Positions 40,943-52,402 are shown, numbered from the stretch's first letter. The stretch is 64,000 bases of DNA from Corallochytrium limacisporum Hawaii (GCA_002811645.1 PDIP01000018.1:83609-147608); one strand, 5' to 3'. The notes: generated by a model from the sequence alone, not told the origin. Made by a program: numbers and translations.

Positions 40943-43651
40943 ATGATGCCGGACCATCAAACTACGTTAGATGGTTCAGACGCCCTGACCAGGTTGTTCA
41001 AGGAACTTTTTAAATATCCGAGCTTCCGACCGGGTCAACGAGAAGCCATCAATGCCGTGCTGAAAGGGCAAGACGCACTAATAGTCATGCCCACTGGTGG
41101 TGGTAAGAGTATGTGCTACCAACTGCCGGCCGTGTTCAAGGGACGTAGTGATGGTACTCTAACTGTAGTGATTAGTCCATTAATTAGTTTGATGGAGGAC
41201 CAGGTGAGTGGGTTGCAACAGAGGAACATTCCGGCGGTGACGCTCAATAGCAAGTTGCCGATTTCGGAGCGCCGGAAAGTGGAGCAGGCGTTGAGGACCG
41301 CCTGTGCTGCGACGGTGCGGAACACGAAACAAGAATCAGCGGGCAATCAGCGCCTACTCAACTTCGCCTCGTCGTCCTTGTCCGATGGACCAAAGTCGAA
41401 ACTGCCGTTCCACCTATTGTACGGCTCTCCCGAGCTCGCTGCCACGGGGAACTTCCGGGACCTTCTGCGGCTGCTGCACTCGAAACAACTAGTGGAAATG
41501 ATTGTGGTCGACGAGGCTCACTGTATCAGTGAATGGGGTCATGATTTCAGACCGGATTACCGGCGACTGGCTGATTTAAAGAAGCTACTACCGGACGTAC
41601 CGTTCATTGCCCTCACCGCCACCGCCACGCCGAAAGTGCAGCAGGACATCACTCGTCAGCTTGGTATGAGGCACCCCCACAAGTACCAGGCCAGTGTGTT
41701 CAGGCCAAATCTTTTTTATGATGTCGTGCACAAGGAGCTGATTGCAGCGAAGCGGTTTAAACCGACAGGTGTGGATGATCTCGGGTACACGGGCACTGAA
41801 ACTGGGGGCGGAGCTGGTGGGCGTGAGGCTGTCTTGGATGATCTTGCGAAATTTGTCAGAGGGGCACTGACCCATGAGAACTACGACACCTTGGAGCATG
41901 AGCTGCGTGGCTCGGCAATCATTTACTGCCACAAGCGTGAGGACTGTGAGTTTATAGCGGCACACATAAGCGAAACCTTGCCCTGTCTCGCGTACCACGG
42001 TGGTCTCAGTGCAAGCAAGCGGACAGAGGTACAGGATCGATGGTCCTCCGGAGAAGTGCCAGCGGTGGCAGCCACCATTTCGTTCGGCATGGGCATCGAC
42101 AAGGCAGACGTGCGCTGTGTGGTCCACTGGACGCTCGCCAAGAGCATTGAGGGCTATTACCAAGAGTCCGGTCGCGCTGGCCGCGACGGCAAGCTTTCTC
42201 GGTGTCGGCTTTACTATTCTCAAGAGGATCGCAGCAAGATGGAGTATCTGATGAACCTCAAGGACTCTGAGAACCAAGACGGTGGTGGATTTGCTAGTGC
42301 AGGAAACGGATACCGCCAGAGGGAGTCAAAGGAATCTTTCTATCAAATGGTTGAGTACTGTACCAAGGCCACCTGCCGCCACGCCTTTCTGGCAAAGTTC
42401 TTTGGCGAGTCGCACAAACCGTGCGGCCAGAGTTGTGATTTCTGCAAGGATCCGAAGAAGGTCAAGGCGGAGCTAATGCGCACAAGTGTCAGCCATACCG
42501 GCGGTCGCATCAAAAACGAAGGCGAGGGGTACGGCAAGCGCAGAGGCCGCCGTGGTGATGGAGAGTACAATGCCGGAGGATGGGGGGCACGACCAACGCC
42601 AATGCTTGATCAGAAGAATTCAGGGTCAGGCACGATCGACTTCTCAGATACTGTCGGTTTCAGCACAGCGGCGGGAATGATGGGTGCGTCCCTGCAATAT
42701 CGCCAAAAGAAACAGATCCAGGAGCAGAAGCGTGTAGAGGAGTCTCGAACCGGAGTCATCACCGACGGTGTGCGGAAGAGTGCAAAGCGTGTACTGAAGG
42801 CGGCCTTTGACGCCTGCAGTCATCTGAATGGCTACGATGCTCTGAAAGAGCGACTGGTGAACTCTGCGGAGGAGGTTGCCCTCCTGTCTGTGGAGAACCG
42901 CCAGGGGTACTACGGTGAAATGAAAAAGTTTGCTGACCTGGCCAAAGAGAATCCGTTGGAGGTGCTCAAGCAACTGCATGCTACCACAGATTCCGAGGCA
43001 GGTGTCGTCATCAAGGTGTTGTTGGACGAGCGTAGGGATAAGGAGGAGCAGCACAAGGCACAAGAAGAGCATCTCAAGAAGGTTCGGAAGTCGGAAGCAG
43101 CCAATTTGACCCAAACAACCACGGCAACACGGAGGAGCTCGGGAGATTTTAAACCGGCATCCGCGTCCGTACCTGCCTTGAGCGGCTTCCAGAGCGCGTC
43201 CCAAGTCCTCAAGGCCAACCAACAACGCACTGCTATCAAGCAAGAAGCAAAGGACGCCTCTACGCGAGCCAAGAAGCGCGGGAGTAGCCAGCCGGATATC
43301 CGCACTGCGTTAGTGACTTCCACATCAAAAAGGGTTAAAAAAAGCGATGACGGGAATGTCGCTGGTGGCGCCGGTGATCTGAAGAACGACATTGCAAAAG
43401 TCGTGACAAAGCGCTTGAGTCCGCTATACCCAGCCAACTTTCCGTCCAAGGACAGATTCAAGGCAACGGCCAAGGACATCACACACGTTGCCCATGCGTT
43501 GCATCTGCGCAAGCAACGCAAGAACGTAGCCACGCAGGCGCTGGACGCAGCAGTGCAGAAAGTCCTCGATGCCCTGGACATCAAGAAGGACCCCGACTGG
43601 CACTTGGGCGTGGCCGCGGCTGTGGATATGGAACTCAGCAGGAATCTGTAG
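40943..43651 (+). CDS. RECQL5: RecQ helicase, RECQL5-like with C-terminal SRI domain
   Basis: FRPGQ, MPTGGGKS, VDEAHCISEWGHDFRPDY, YYQESGRAGRDG, Zn-binding CRH...CGQSCDFC, and SRI-like IAKVVTKRLSPLY...SKDRFKATAKDITH. Confidence 0.85.
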   Translation: MMPDHQTTLDGSDALTRLFKELFKYPSFRPGQREAINAVLKGQDALIVMPTGGGKSMCYQLPAVFKGRSDGTLTVVISPLISLMEDQVSGLQQRNIPAVTLNSKLPISERRKVEQALRTACAATVRNTKQESAGNQRLLNFASSSLSDGPKSKLPFHLLYGSPELAATGNFRDLLRLLHSKQLVEMIVVDEAHCISEWGHDFRPDYRRLADLKKLLPDVPFIALTATATPKVQQDITRQLGMRHPHKYQASVFRPNLFYDVVHKELIAAKRFKPTGVDDLGYTGTETGGGAGGREAVLDDLAKFVRGALTHENYDTLEHELRGSAIIYCHKREDCEFIAAHISETLPCLAYHGGLSASKRTEVQDRWSSGEVPAVAATISFGMGIDKADVRCVVHWTLAKSIEGYYQESGRAGRDGKLSRCRLYYSQEDRSKMEYLMNLKDSENQDGGGFASAGNGYRQRESKESFYQMVEYCTKATCRHAFLAKFFGESHKPCGQSCDFCKDPKKVKAELMRTSVSHTGGRIKNEGEGYGKRRGRRGDGEYNAGGWGARPTPMLDQKNSGSGTIDFSDTVGFSTAAGMMGASLQYRQKKQIQEQKRVEESRTGVITDGVRKSAKRVLKAAFDACSHLNGYDALKERLVNSAEEVALLSVENRQGYYGEMKKFADLAKENPLEVLKQLHATTDSEAGVVIKVLLDERRDKEEQHKAQEEHLKKVRKSEAANLTQTTTATRRSSGDFKPASASVPALSGFQSASQVLKANQQRTAIKQEAKDASTRAKKRGSSQPDIRTALVTSTSKRVKKSDDGNVAGGAGDLKNDIAKVVTKRLSPLYPANFPSKDRFKATAKDITHVAHALHLRKQRKNVATQALDAAVQKVLDALDIKKDPDWHLGVAAAVDMELSRNL

Positions 43652-43804
43652 CCGAGGAAATACATTTCTGGTGTTTTAGGCCGAATGAGATATTAGATGT
43701 TTCTATTCTAACTGAACAAAGAGAGCAACGTGTATTGCACTGAAGAATCAAGATCAGTGATGCCCATGCCACACAATAAATGGTTTAGTAAACAGAAGTG
43801 GGAC

Positions 43805-45526
43805 TCAGAGCGCCTTGAACAATTCCTGGTACCCAATAATAATTGGCAGGCTGAGGAGGGTGGACACAGTAATCATACCGGTCACCACATCGAGTTGAAC
43901 ATTATACGGTCGGGCGGTGGCATGTGAGATAATGGCTTGTGGCATGGCGGCCAATAGGATGAGAATCTGTTCGTCATCACCGGTGATATTGAGCGCGCTG
44001 GAAGACAGCCACATGAGCAATGGTGCCACCACAAAGGTCACGACCATACCCACCGCAAGAATGGAGACACTGCACGGAACAAGACCAGTGCCCTGCATGA
44101 AAAAGCCAATGTTGAACACAGCAATCGCAGTCACGCAATCTCCAAGCGGGCCGAGGAAGTTCCGGATCACCACGGGCATTTCAAAGTCAAGCTCGGCCTG
44201 CAAGACGCTGAGAATGGCGCCAATCACGGCGGCGTAAAGTGCAACATTCTTCGCTAACAGGGGCAAGATCTTGGAGCCAATCTGTTTCGCCGTGCTGCGC
44301 CAATCTGGCCTGTCCTTGGCAACGGCCTTGTCTGGTTGACCGGTGTGGCTATGGCTGCTGCCAATGGTAGCAACCTCGTCAATATCGACGCTGGAGTGGA
44401 CAGTACCAGACTTGTTGCTCCCTGACGAAGACTCCCCGAGGGGCACAAGCTTGTCCCCTATGCCACTGTCACTGTGCTGCAGCATGACACTGCCGTGCAA
44501 TGGACAGTCTGGGTCGACGCCATGGGAAAAGATCTGGGCAACCGCGGCAGGAACGCTAGTCGAGGTTCCCGTGCGGCGCTCCTCCGCAACAGTGTCCATT
44601 CCGCACAGGTTGCTTGGATTGTCCACGTCCAACCGCAGATCAGCTGGAATCTCCAGCCGTTTCACGATTTCTTTACTGCCAGGACTTGCACCCTGCTGCG
44701 GGCCCGAACCGTAAGCCTGCCAGTTCTCTGCTACTTTCTTGGCACCATCGATACTGCCGAACGCGTCTGCGTACTGTGATGGCACCTGCACATTGCGGCA
44801 GGTACATTTTTCGCTGTTATCATCAACTAATGTGGGTACTCCCATTTGCATGCCCGCAATGACTTGTTCTTGTTCTTCCTTGTACTGCCGCATCACCACC
44901 GCAGCTTCATAGAAAACATACTCCATAGGCACGATGAAGACCGCCTGCATTGTAATGAATGCTACAATTATCAAATCGGCCTCTGTGGGATCATACAGAC
45001 TGATCAGTACCGGTCGTCCTACAATCAAACCGTTGCTAAAGACCAACATCGCTACGCCGGTTGGGAAGGAATCGAAGGTCGCAAGTGGCACCCGTTCCGC
45101 CCAATTCTTTGCTTTCACCTTGATCGATGCTCCGGACTGACGAAGCTTGTCCGAAAAGGATGCTCGCGATCCTGTTGAGGCTCGAGCGTAATCATTGCCA
45201 CCATGTCTCAGGTTGTCGCTAATGTCACTGATTTTACGTAGTGTGAGCACCACGAAATTGTACAGCAGAAGTGCACCGGCCGTGACCAGCCAGCAAATAG
45301 GTGTCCATAGGAAAATGGCCATTGCAATATTGAGATCGAAGCTCGTCACGTCCACGTCCAACATGATTTCTATAACGAGGGCTGGAATGGCAAACTTCGT
45401 TATGTAGACACTCATCATTCTACTGCCCTCTTGACTAATTAGCCCTGACCATGCGGCAAAATAGCCGAGGGCGATGAACAGGTACACGGGCACCACATTG
45501 TTCACAACGTCAACTATGGCGCTCAT
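43805..45526 (-). CDS. PIN-like (auxin efflux carrier / Mem_trans family) transporter with long central loop
   Basis: About 5+5 TM helices split by a ~200-aa hydrophilic loop. PIN-like motifs VPVYL..ALGY, FAIPAL, SNGLIVGRP, EMP, MPQAI...PYNV, LSLPI. Confidence 0.85.
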   Translation of the reverse strand: MSAIVDVVNNVVPVYLFIALGYFAAWSGLISQEGSRMMSVYITKFAIPALVIEIMLDVDVTSFDLNIAMAIFLWTPICWLVTAGALLLYNFVVLTLRKISDISDNLRHGGNDYARASTGSRASFSDKLRQSGASIKVKAKNWAERVPLATFDSFPTGVAMLVFSNGLIVGRPVLISLYDPTEADLIIVAFITMQAVFIVPMEYVFYEAAVVMRQYKEEQEQVIAGMQMGVPTLVDDNSEKCTCRNVQVPSQYADAFGSIDGAKKVAENWQAYGSGPQQGASPGSKEIVKRLEIPADLRLDVDNPSNLCGMDTVAEERRTGTSTSVPAAVAQIFSHGVDPDCPLHGSVMLQHSDSGIGDKLVPLGESSSGSNKSGTVHSSVDIDEVATIGSSHSHTGQPDKAVAKDRPDWRSTAKQIGSKILPLLAKNVALYAAVIGAILSVLQAELDFEMPVVIRNFLGPLGDCVTAIAVFNIGFFMQGTGLVPCSVSILAVGMVVTFVVAPLLMWLSSSALNITGDDEQILILLAAMPQAIISHATARPYNVQLDVVTGMITVSTLLSLPIIIGYQELFKAL

Positions 45527-46277
45527 GGTTGTGTGTATATATAAAGTAACAGTCTGCGGTTCTACCGAACCTAAGGACTATGACCCGAGATCTTCTGTCT
45601 ATTCTATGCACAAAAGGATTCCAATGCTTCCCTTTCCATCTTTCACATCTCTTTCCGTTACGTCCTGCCTTTGTATCATCGACTCCCCACCAGTGAACCC
45701 GGGACTATTGAAAGGCGATCTAATTTAACACAATAAGCAACACCTTGAACCTACATGACTATGCTGCGAGGAAATCTCCCGAAGTACCTTTCCAGCGAAG
45801 TCATCACCGCCACTTCCTGCTTGCTCCGACCGCGATGTGGATCGCGTCTCTTCCTTCCCCTTCGGGCAGCAACAGATCATGCACCGCGGGTCTCACCACC
45901 ACGCCCAAAGGCAAACGGCAGAACACGCCCCAGTAACTTTTATTCCTTTCTCTCTCTCCTTCCCCCTTTCTTTCCCCCCCCCTTTCCTCCCTTCACGGCC
46001 CTTCCACCACTGCCGAACGCTTCCTTCCCTTTTTTTTCTTTGGCTTCCCTGGCGGCTCTGCTTACCCCCCTCCCTCCGGGGCGCCCAGTCATGCACTTTC
46101 TTTGGTTCACTTTGTGCAGGCTTCTCCTTCCTCTCTCTCTGGGGATCAGGTCCCCTGGTACTCGGCAGCCCATTCTGCGGATATTAGAATTTCCTCTTCT
46201 CTCTTTTTGGTTTCCTTTTTCATTTTTTTGCTTGGGTGGAAGGAGCAGGGCAATTTCATTTTGGCCCGCCGTCCCCC

Positions 46278-46279
<2 letters not shown>

Positions 46280-46313
<34 letters not shown>
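46280..46313. repeat. G34 homopolymer
   Basis: Seen directly, preceded by C7. Could be a real G4-forming tract or a sequencing artefact. Confidence 0.8.
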
Positions 46314-46314
<1 letters not shown>

Positions 46315-46804
46315 AATGAAGTGCCAGATCGCCCATTGTAAACGGGAGCCATTGGGGGGGTCCCTTTCCCCCCTTCTTTCTTAGCTCTCCGCATAATGTG
46401 GGTGCTTGCAAGTTTCCTGGGTATCGCCCATGCTATGGTTGGTTTCTCTACTGTTAGTGACCACATGTCCAAAGCTTTCAATCATTCATCATAATATTTT
46501 CTGCTTTCTGCACAGCTTTTGCTTTCAGGACTCTTGTACAATCCGATAATAGGTATGAGAACAGGCTCCCGTTCCCAATGCACATCAGGTCCCTGAATCA
46601 CCCTACTTGACTTTGGGCAAACGACCCAATAGTTTACAAATATGTTCTAGGTGATGACGTTGTCTGTATCCAGTAAGGTAGAGGACAGGTGTTGCTGTTA
46701 TAACCATGTAGAATCTAGACAAGTAAGGATTATTCGACGTTAGAAAGTAAAACGCGAGCCAGAGCGAAAAGTTATATCCCGTGGGCCACAGGCTCGACCT
46801 GACT

Positions 46805-49800
46805 ATGCTGGACATGAGTATGTTTAGTCCGGCTACAGAGTTTTCCTCTTTCGGAGGGATAAATTGGCCGTATGGTCATGGTCCGTCCATCCGTCTGCGG
46901 CGGGAGACAGGGTCTGACGGGTCGCCGGCATTAGATCAGAGTAGCGTGTGGTATTGGGTAATTCTGTTGGCACCCGCAGTTTTGGGTCTTCTCATCGCGG
47001 GTCTGAGTAGAATTGTGTTCCTCGCGAGGTTCTCAACAAAACCAAGGCTGTGTATGGTGGCCAAGCCCATGTATTGGACCAAACTTGGAATGGTAGCGTT
47101 GCAAATTGCATTCACTGTATTCGGAGTCGTATATCTCCATGAGGTGAACAGTACCATTGAGATATGCGTTCTCGTGTCAGCTGTGGCAAACGCATGGGTG
47201 TTCATGCTCATGGTGGTGGACCATTGCATGCACACTATGAATAATTTTGTGATTAGCTTTTACTATCTCACGGCACTTTTAGCAGAGGTGGTGTTGATTC
47301 TTCTTGATGTGCCAAATCCCTCGGACCAATTCGCTTTCCGCCTGGTAAACATTGGTCTGATCTTCGTAAACACGGTGCTCTCCGGAATGAAGGATCACTA
47401 CTCTACGGAGACTTTGGTGCGCATGGAAGGCCATGGAGATCCAGATGATGAGTATTTTGGTGCAAAACCGGAGAAACTATGCCCGGAGTTGGAGGCAAAT
47501 CTGTTTTCGCGTATGACCTTTTGGTGGGTAAATAAGTTAGTGGCGCTGGGCTACAGACAACCGGTGCGGCAAGATGATCTATGGCATCTGAAGGGGTCTC
47601 TGCAGTCGAAACGTGTACATGACCGCTTCCAGACAAAATGGCAGAAGGATGCTGCTGCTAGCAAAGCAAATTTGTGGAGGACCCTACTGCTTGGGTTCGG
47701 CATGCAATTCTACGTCGCAGGGTTCTGGCAGTTCGGGGCCACCATCTTGCAATTTGCGGGTCCAGCATTGCTGGGGGCCCTGATCAATTTTACGGATGAT
47801 CCGACCGCTCCTTTGTCCCTCGGTATACTATACTCTGCACTTTTGTTCATCTCTGCAGCGGCTCGAAGCATCCTGACCAACCTGTATGTCCAAGGCATCA
47901 TGCAAACGGGCATCAAGCTTCGGTCCTCGATTATTTGCGCGGTTTATGAGAAGTCCTTTCGCCTAAGTAACAAAGCACGCCAGGAAGCTAATAAGGGACA
48001 GATCATCAATCTCATGGCAGTTGACGCTCAGAGGTTTTTAGACCTATGCAATGTATTCCATAATATCTGGGCCATTCCATTGAACGTGGTACTGTCTCTG
48101 GCATTCCTGTGGGCGCTGCTCGGATATTCCACGGCTGTGGGTCTTGGTGTCATGCTGCTCACGATGCCTTTGAATTCCATGATCTCAGTGAAGTTGAAAA
48201 AGCTGCAGCAGAGGCAGATGACAGCGAAGGATCACCGCATGAAATTGATGGACGAGATTCTAAATGGCATCAAGGTAGTCAAACTGTACGCATGGGACCA
48301 ATACTTTGAGGATTGCGTTACTGAGGCTCGCAGTGAGGAAGTGGATGCCATGAGGAGACGGGTTTATATGATTGTCCTGTCCTCCTTTAGTTTCACCATG
48401 GCACCATTCATGGTCGCCATTGCAACCTTTGCAACCTACACAGCTCTCGGAAACAGTCTGACTGCCGACAAAGCTTTCGTGGGCCTGAGTCTTTTTGACA
48501 TGCTGCAGATTCCTCTGGGTCAGGTTCCCACTGTTCTCAGTGCCTTTGTCCAGGCAGACGTTGCCAACAAGCGACTGACGTTCTTCCTGAAGCACGAAGA
48601 AGCTGACTTAGCCGCAGTGGGACATCAGCCTGCACCAGCAGTGCCAGAGCAACCCGTGGTACAGATAAAAGGTGGCACTTTCTCGTGGGTGCCAGACAGC
48701 GACAATGTCATCCGCAATTTAGATCTAGATGTATCCCCTGGGGAGCTGGTCGCTGTCGTTGGTCCGATTGGCTCAGGAAAGACTTCGTTGCTCAATGCAA
48801 TTCTTGGCAACTTGATCAGAATCAATGGAAGTGTCATTGATCGAGGAACGGTTGCCTATGTCTCGCAACAGGCTTGGATACAAAATGCCACTGTTCGTGA
48901 AAACATTCTCTTCGGTAGGTCAGAAGAGAGTAAGTTTTACGAAGCGGTGGTAGATGCATGCGCTCTCCGTCCAGACCTAAAGATATTTCCTCACGGCGAT
49001 TCGACAGAAATTGGAGATCGTGGCCTCAATCTCAGTGGTGGACAGAAACAGCGCCTTGCTATGGCCCGTGCTGTGTACCAACAACGTGACATCTACCTCC
49101 TGGATGATCCCTTGAGTGCCGTTGACGTACATGTGGGACGCCATCTGTTCCGACATGTGATTGGCCCCCAAGGCGTGCTCAAAAACACCGCACGGATTCT
49201 GGTCACTCACCAGCTCTGGACCTTGAGTGAAGTGGACCGTGTGGTGGTTCTGGAGGATGGACAGATTACCATGCAAGGGTCCTATGCTGATCTGATGGCC
49301 AACTCAAAAAAGTTCCGAGCGCAAATTGAGAAGTATGCTGATGCGGTTGTCCAGGAGGGTGAATCGCCCCAGACACAAGTAGACACTCTGAGCTTGGTAG
49401 AGGAAGAGATCCGAATGTCATTGCACTCGATTCGCACTTTCCAAGAGCAGGAAGAAACTCAGTCGATTCAGAATGAAGACTATGGCATCTCAAATGCTGT
49501 TATACAATCCAGCGAAACCGACAGCATTAGTTCACGCAGTTATTCAGGAACAGTACATCTAAAGGACTTTGTAGAGACCCAAGACGAAGAGAAGAAAGGC
49601 CGCTTGACTACTATTGAAAAGGAGACTACCGGTAACATTGGTGGCCACACTCTCAAAGCGTATCTTCGGGCCCTGGGCCGCGTTGGTGTTGTGCTGATGA
49701 TTTTGTTTTCGGCCATATCGCAGACTCTGCAAGTCATGACCAATGTGTGGCTTGCCAAGTGGAGTGATGCAGAACAGGATGCGGAAGATAATGGCACTTC

Positions 49801-51544
49801 CGTCGACCTGAGCTATTATCTCGCTGGTTATGGTGCTCTCGGCGTCTCTCGGGCCGTGTTTGTGCTCGCAAATGCTCTGGCTGTGTCCCTGGTGTCTCTG
49901 TTTGCGGCAATCAATCTACACCAAGACATGTTGCACTCAGTGCTCAGGGCACCGATTTTGTTCTTTGACACGACGCCGGTTGGGCGCATTGTGAATCGCT
50001 TCTCCAGGGACGTATACACCATGGATGATAAGTTGGCTGTCAATCTTCGTAATTTCCTTTTGCAAATAATGAAGCTCTTGGCCGTGGTCGTGGTGGTAAC
50101 TTCTGCGACTCCGTGGTTCATTGTGGTCGTCGTGCCTTTGTCTTTCGGGTATGTCTACCTGCAACGCTACTACGTGAGAACATCTCGGCAGGTGCAACGT
50201 CTTGAGGGTGTCACTCGCTCTCCCATCTATGCCCACTTTGGTGAATCGCTGACAGGATTTGAGATAATCCGCGCCTTCAACAAGACGGATGACTTCCGAT
50301 TGGAGAACGAGCGTAAGGTCGACCATAACGCCAAAGCTGTCTTTGCGAATGGTTCGGCTAACCGATGGTTTGGCGTCCGTATGGAGATTATGGGCAATAT
50401 GATTGTCTTCCTTGCCGCCATCTTTGCGGTGGCACAGCGTAACCACATCAGCTCATCAGCAGTGGGCCTGAGTCTTTCGTACGCCCTGAGCGTTACGTCC
50501 ACATTGAACTTTTTCATGCGACAGGCGGCTGCCATTGAGACAAACATTGTGTGTGTGGAACGGATCCAGGAATACTCTATGTTGGATTCTGAGGCACCGC
50601 GGAACCTGCCCGGTGATCGTGATTTGGCAGGATATGACGACGATGGCAGTGATGACCACGCAAATGGAGTCAAAGAGAAACACGACGAGAGGGACTCCTG
50701 GCCCCAAACCAACATTTGCCTCATAGGCGGCATGCCCTCTGATGGATACGCCTGGCCAGCACAGGGTGCCATTGAGTTTCGCAACTACAGCCTGCGGTAC
50801 CGCAAGGACTTGGACTTAGTGCTCCGATCTATCAATCTCAGCATCCACGGAGGCGAGAAGATTGGGGTTTGTGGACGCACGGGAGCCGGCAAGTCCAGCC
50901 TACTTCTGGGTCTATTCCGATTGATCGAGCCAGCTGCTGGTACCATATTTATCGACGGGCAGGATATAACCGAGCTGGGTCTGCATCTGCTGAGGAGCCG
51001 GCTCACAATCATCCCACAGGATCCATTCCTATGGGCTGGCACTATCCGGGAAAACTTGGACCCTACGCAAACCTACAGCGACGCGGCCATTTGGGCTGCT
51101 CTCGAGAGCGCGCGCCTGAAGGATACAATCTTCAAATTGCCCGAAAGACTTAACACGCAGATGGCTGACGGAGGAGACAACTTTTCGGTGGGTGAGAAGC
51201 AGCTTCTGTGTATGGCTCGGGCCATCCTTTGCCACACTAAAATTTTGGTTCTGGACGAAGCGACCGCCTCGATCGATATGGAGACTGACAATTGCATTCA
51301 GCAGATCCTCAGAGAGCAGTTCAAGGACTGTACTGTAATCACAATCGCCCATCGAATTAACACTATCATGGACAGTGACCGTATTCTCCTGCTGGAAGCT
51401 GGACAAGTTAAAGAGTTCGACAGCCCGGCACGTCTGCTAAAGCAGCCAGGCTCTCAATTCTATGCAATGGCCCAGGAGGCCCATTGCCTTGCGGACGAGG
51501 ACGAATCTAATGATGCACAGCTGCAGCAGCAGCAGCAGCAGTAA
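46805..51544 (+). CDS. ABCC/MRP-family ABC transporter (long form with TMD0)
   Basis: TMD0 and lasso (CPELEANLFSRMTFWW); NBD1 GPIGSGKT, LSGGQKQR, LLDD; NBD2 GRTGAGKS, FSVGEKQL, VLDE. Confidence 0.95.
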   Translation: MLDMSMFSPATEFSSFGGINWPYGHGPSIRLRRETGSDGSPALDQSSVWYWVILLAPAVLGLLIAGLSRIVFLARFSTKPRLCMVAKPMYWTKLGMVALQIAFTVFGVVYLHEVNSTIEICVLVSAVANAWVFMLMVVDHCMHTMNNFVISFYYLTALLAEVVLILLDVPNPSDQFAFRLVNIGLIFVNTVLSGMKDHYSTETLVRMEGHGDPDDEYFGAKPEKLCPELEANLFSRMTFWWVNKLVALGYRQPVRQDDLWHLKGSLQSKRVHDRFQTKWQKDAAASKANLWRTLLLGFGMQFYVAGFWQFGATILQFAGPALLGALINFTDDPTAPLSLGILYSALLFISAAARSILTNLYVQGIMQTGIKLRSSIICAVYEKSFRLSNKARQEANKGQIINLMAVDAQRFLDLCNVFHNIWAIPLNVVLSLAFLWALLGYSTAVGLGVMLLTMPLNSMISVKLKKLQQRQMTAKDHRMKLMDEILNGIKVVKLYAWDQYFEDCVTEARSEEVDAMRRRVYMIVLSSFSFTMAPFMVAIATFATYTALGNSLTADKAFVGLSLFDMLQIPLGQVPTVLSAFVQADVANKRLTFFLKHEEADLAAVGHQPAPAVPEQPVVQIKGGTFSWVPDSDNVIRNLDLDVSPGELVAVVGPIGSGKTSLLNAILGNLIRINGSVIDRGTVAYVSQQAWIQNATVRENILFGRSEESKFYEAVVDACALRPDLKIFPHGDSTEIGDRGLNLSGGQKQRLAMARAVYQQRDIYLLDDPLSAVDVHVGRHLFRHVIGPQGVLKNTARILVTHQLWTLSEVDRVVVLEDGQITMQGSYADLMANSKKFRAQIEKYADAVVQEGESPQTQVDTLSLVEEEIRMSLHSIRTFQEQEETQSIQNEDYGISNAVIQSSETDSISSRSYSGTVHLKDFVETQDEEKKGRLTTIEKETTGNIGGHTLKAYLRALGRVGVVLMILFSAISQTLQVMTNVWLAKWSDAEQDAEDNGTSVDLSYYLAGYGALGVSRAVFVLANALAVSLVSLFAAINLHQDMLHSVLRAPILFFDTTPVGRIVNRFSRDVYTMDDKLAVNLRNFLLQIMKLLAVVVVVTSATPWFIVVVVPLSFGYVYLQRYYVRTSRQVQRLEGVTRSPIYAHFGESLTGFEIIRAFNKTDDFRLENERKVDHNAKAVFANGSANRWFGVRMEIMGNMIVFLAAIFAVAQRNHISSSAVGLSLSYALSVTSTLNFFMRQAAAIETNIVCVERIQEYSMLDSEAPRNLPGDRDLAGYDDDGSDDHANGVKEKHDERDSWPQTNICLIGGMPSDGYAWPAQGAIEFRNYSLRYRKDLDLVLRSINLSIHGGEKIGVCGRTGAGKSSLLLGLFRLIEPAAGTIFIDGQDITELGLHLLRSRLTIIPQDPFLWAGTIRENLDPTQTYSDAAIWAALESARLKDTIFKLPERLNTQMADGGDNFSVGEKQLLCMARAILCHTKILVLDEATASIDMETDNCIQQILREQFKDCTVITIAHRINTIMDSDRILLLEAGQVKEFDSPARLLKQPGSQFYAMAQEAHCLADEDESNDAQLQQQQQQ

Positions 51545-52402
51545 ATGACAGAAATTTTCCATCCCCGAAATAAAAAGCCTTTCCAGTACAGAATGAAAAC
51601 AGGGTCCGGTCCCCAATCAGACGGCTCTTATATCTCCGTCTCCGGGTAGATGTACCGGTGGTAGTGTAATTTTGCAGCGAGGCCGATGGGGTTCACAAAA
51701 TTTGATACCTCCTATCACCACCGGGGGAACGGAGAAGGCAGATAATCCACGCTAAAAATAAATGAGAATGAATCTGTCCCTTCTGCACATGGCAATTTCA
51801 GGCCTACCGGTACCGCAATCTTTCACTAATGGGTGGGCAACGACCAGCTCTGTACGTGACGAAACCGAATGCGTTCCCGATGGTGATGCCCATACCTAGT
51901 ATTCTATTTGTAGACGTTTCTTGATCACTCCAAGAACGTGATGAGAAGTACCTCTTGTAGATTACTGAAAAAGGTTTGAATCAGGGAGCTGGTCCAAAAG
52001 CCATTGCGACAGGGAGGGCGGGGCACAAAAACTGCTATTGCGTAGACGGAGGATTCCCAGGTGCTTGGTTAGAACTTGCCCTTGCCCGATGAGGCGCGCC
52101 CTTAAGCCGTTTCCCCACTGTGAAGAGGAGAAGGGGGAAAGGGAGCGCAAGGCATTGACCAACTCACGTCCAAAGCTTCTCTACGCCAACGATGAGATGT
52201 AGTTAATCAGTGCTGTTCAGAGCACAGTGTACCATTCCGGGAGAAGGTAAGCATGCTCGGCGTGCGTCGAGCGATAAGAGTCAGCGAGAGGTATTTCATG
52301 AGAGATCCAGGAGTACATTGCATAAGTGATGCCTTGAGACCACGCGTCCGCGGATCACCAGGCTTTGTTCGAGCTCGTGATACGAAGAAGTACAAAACAA
52401 GC

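Noticed and set aside
46880-46910. RLRR furin-like site in the ABCC N-terminus as part of the RR-processing system
   Set aside because: A single occurrence near an uncertain start, which could easily be chance.
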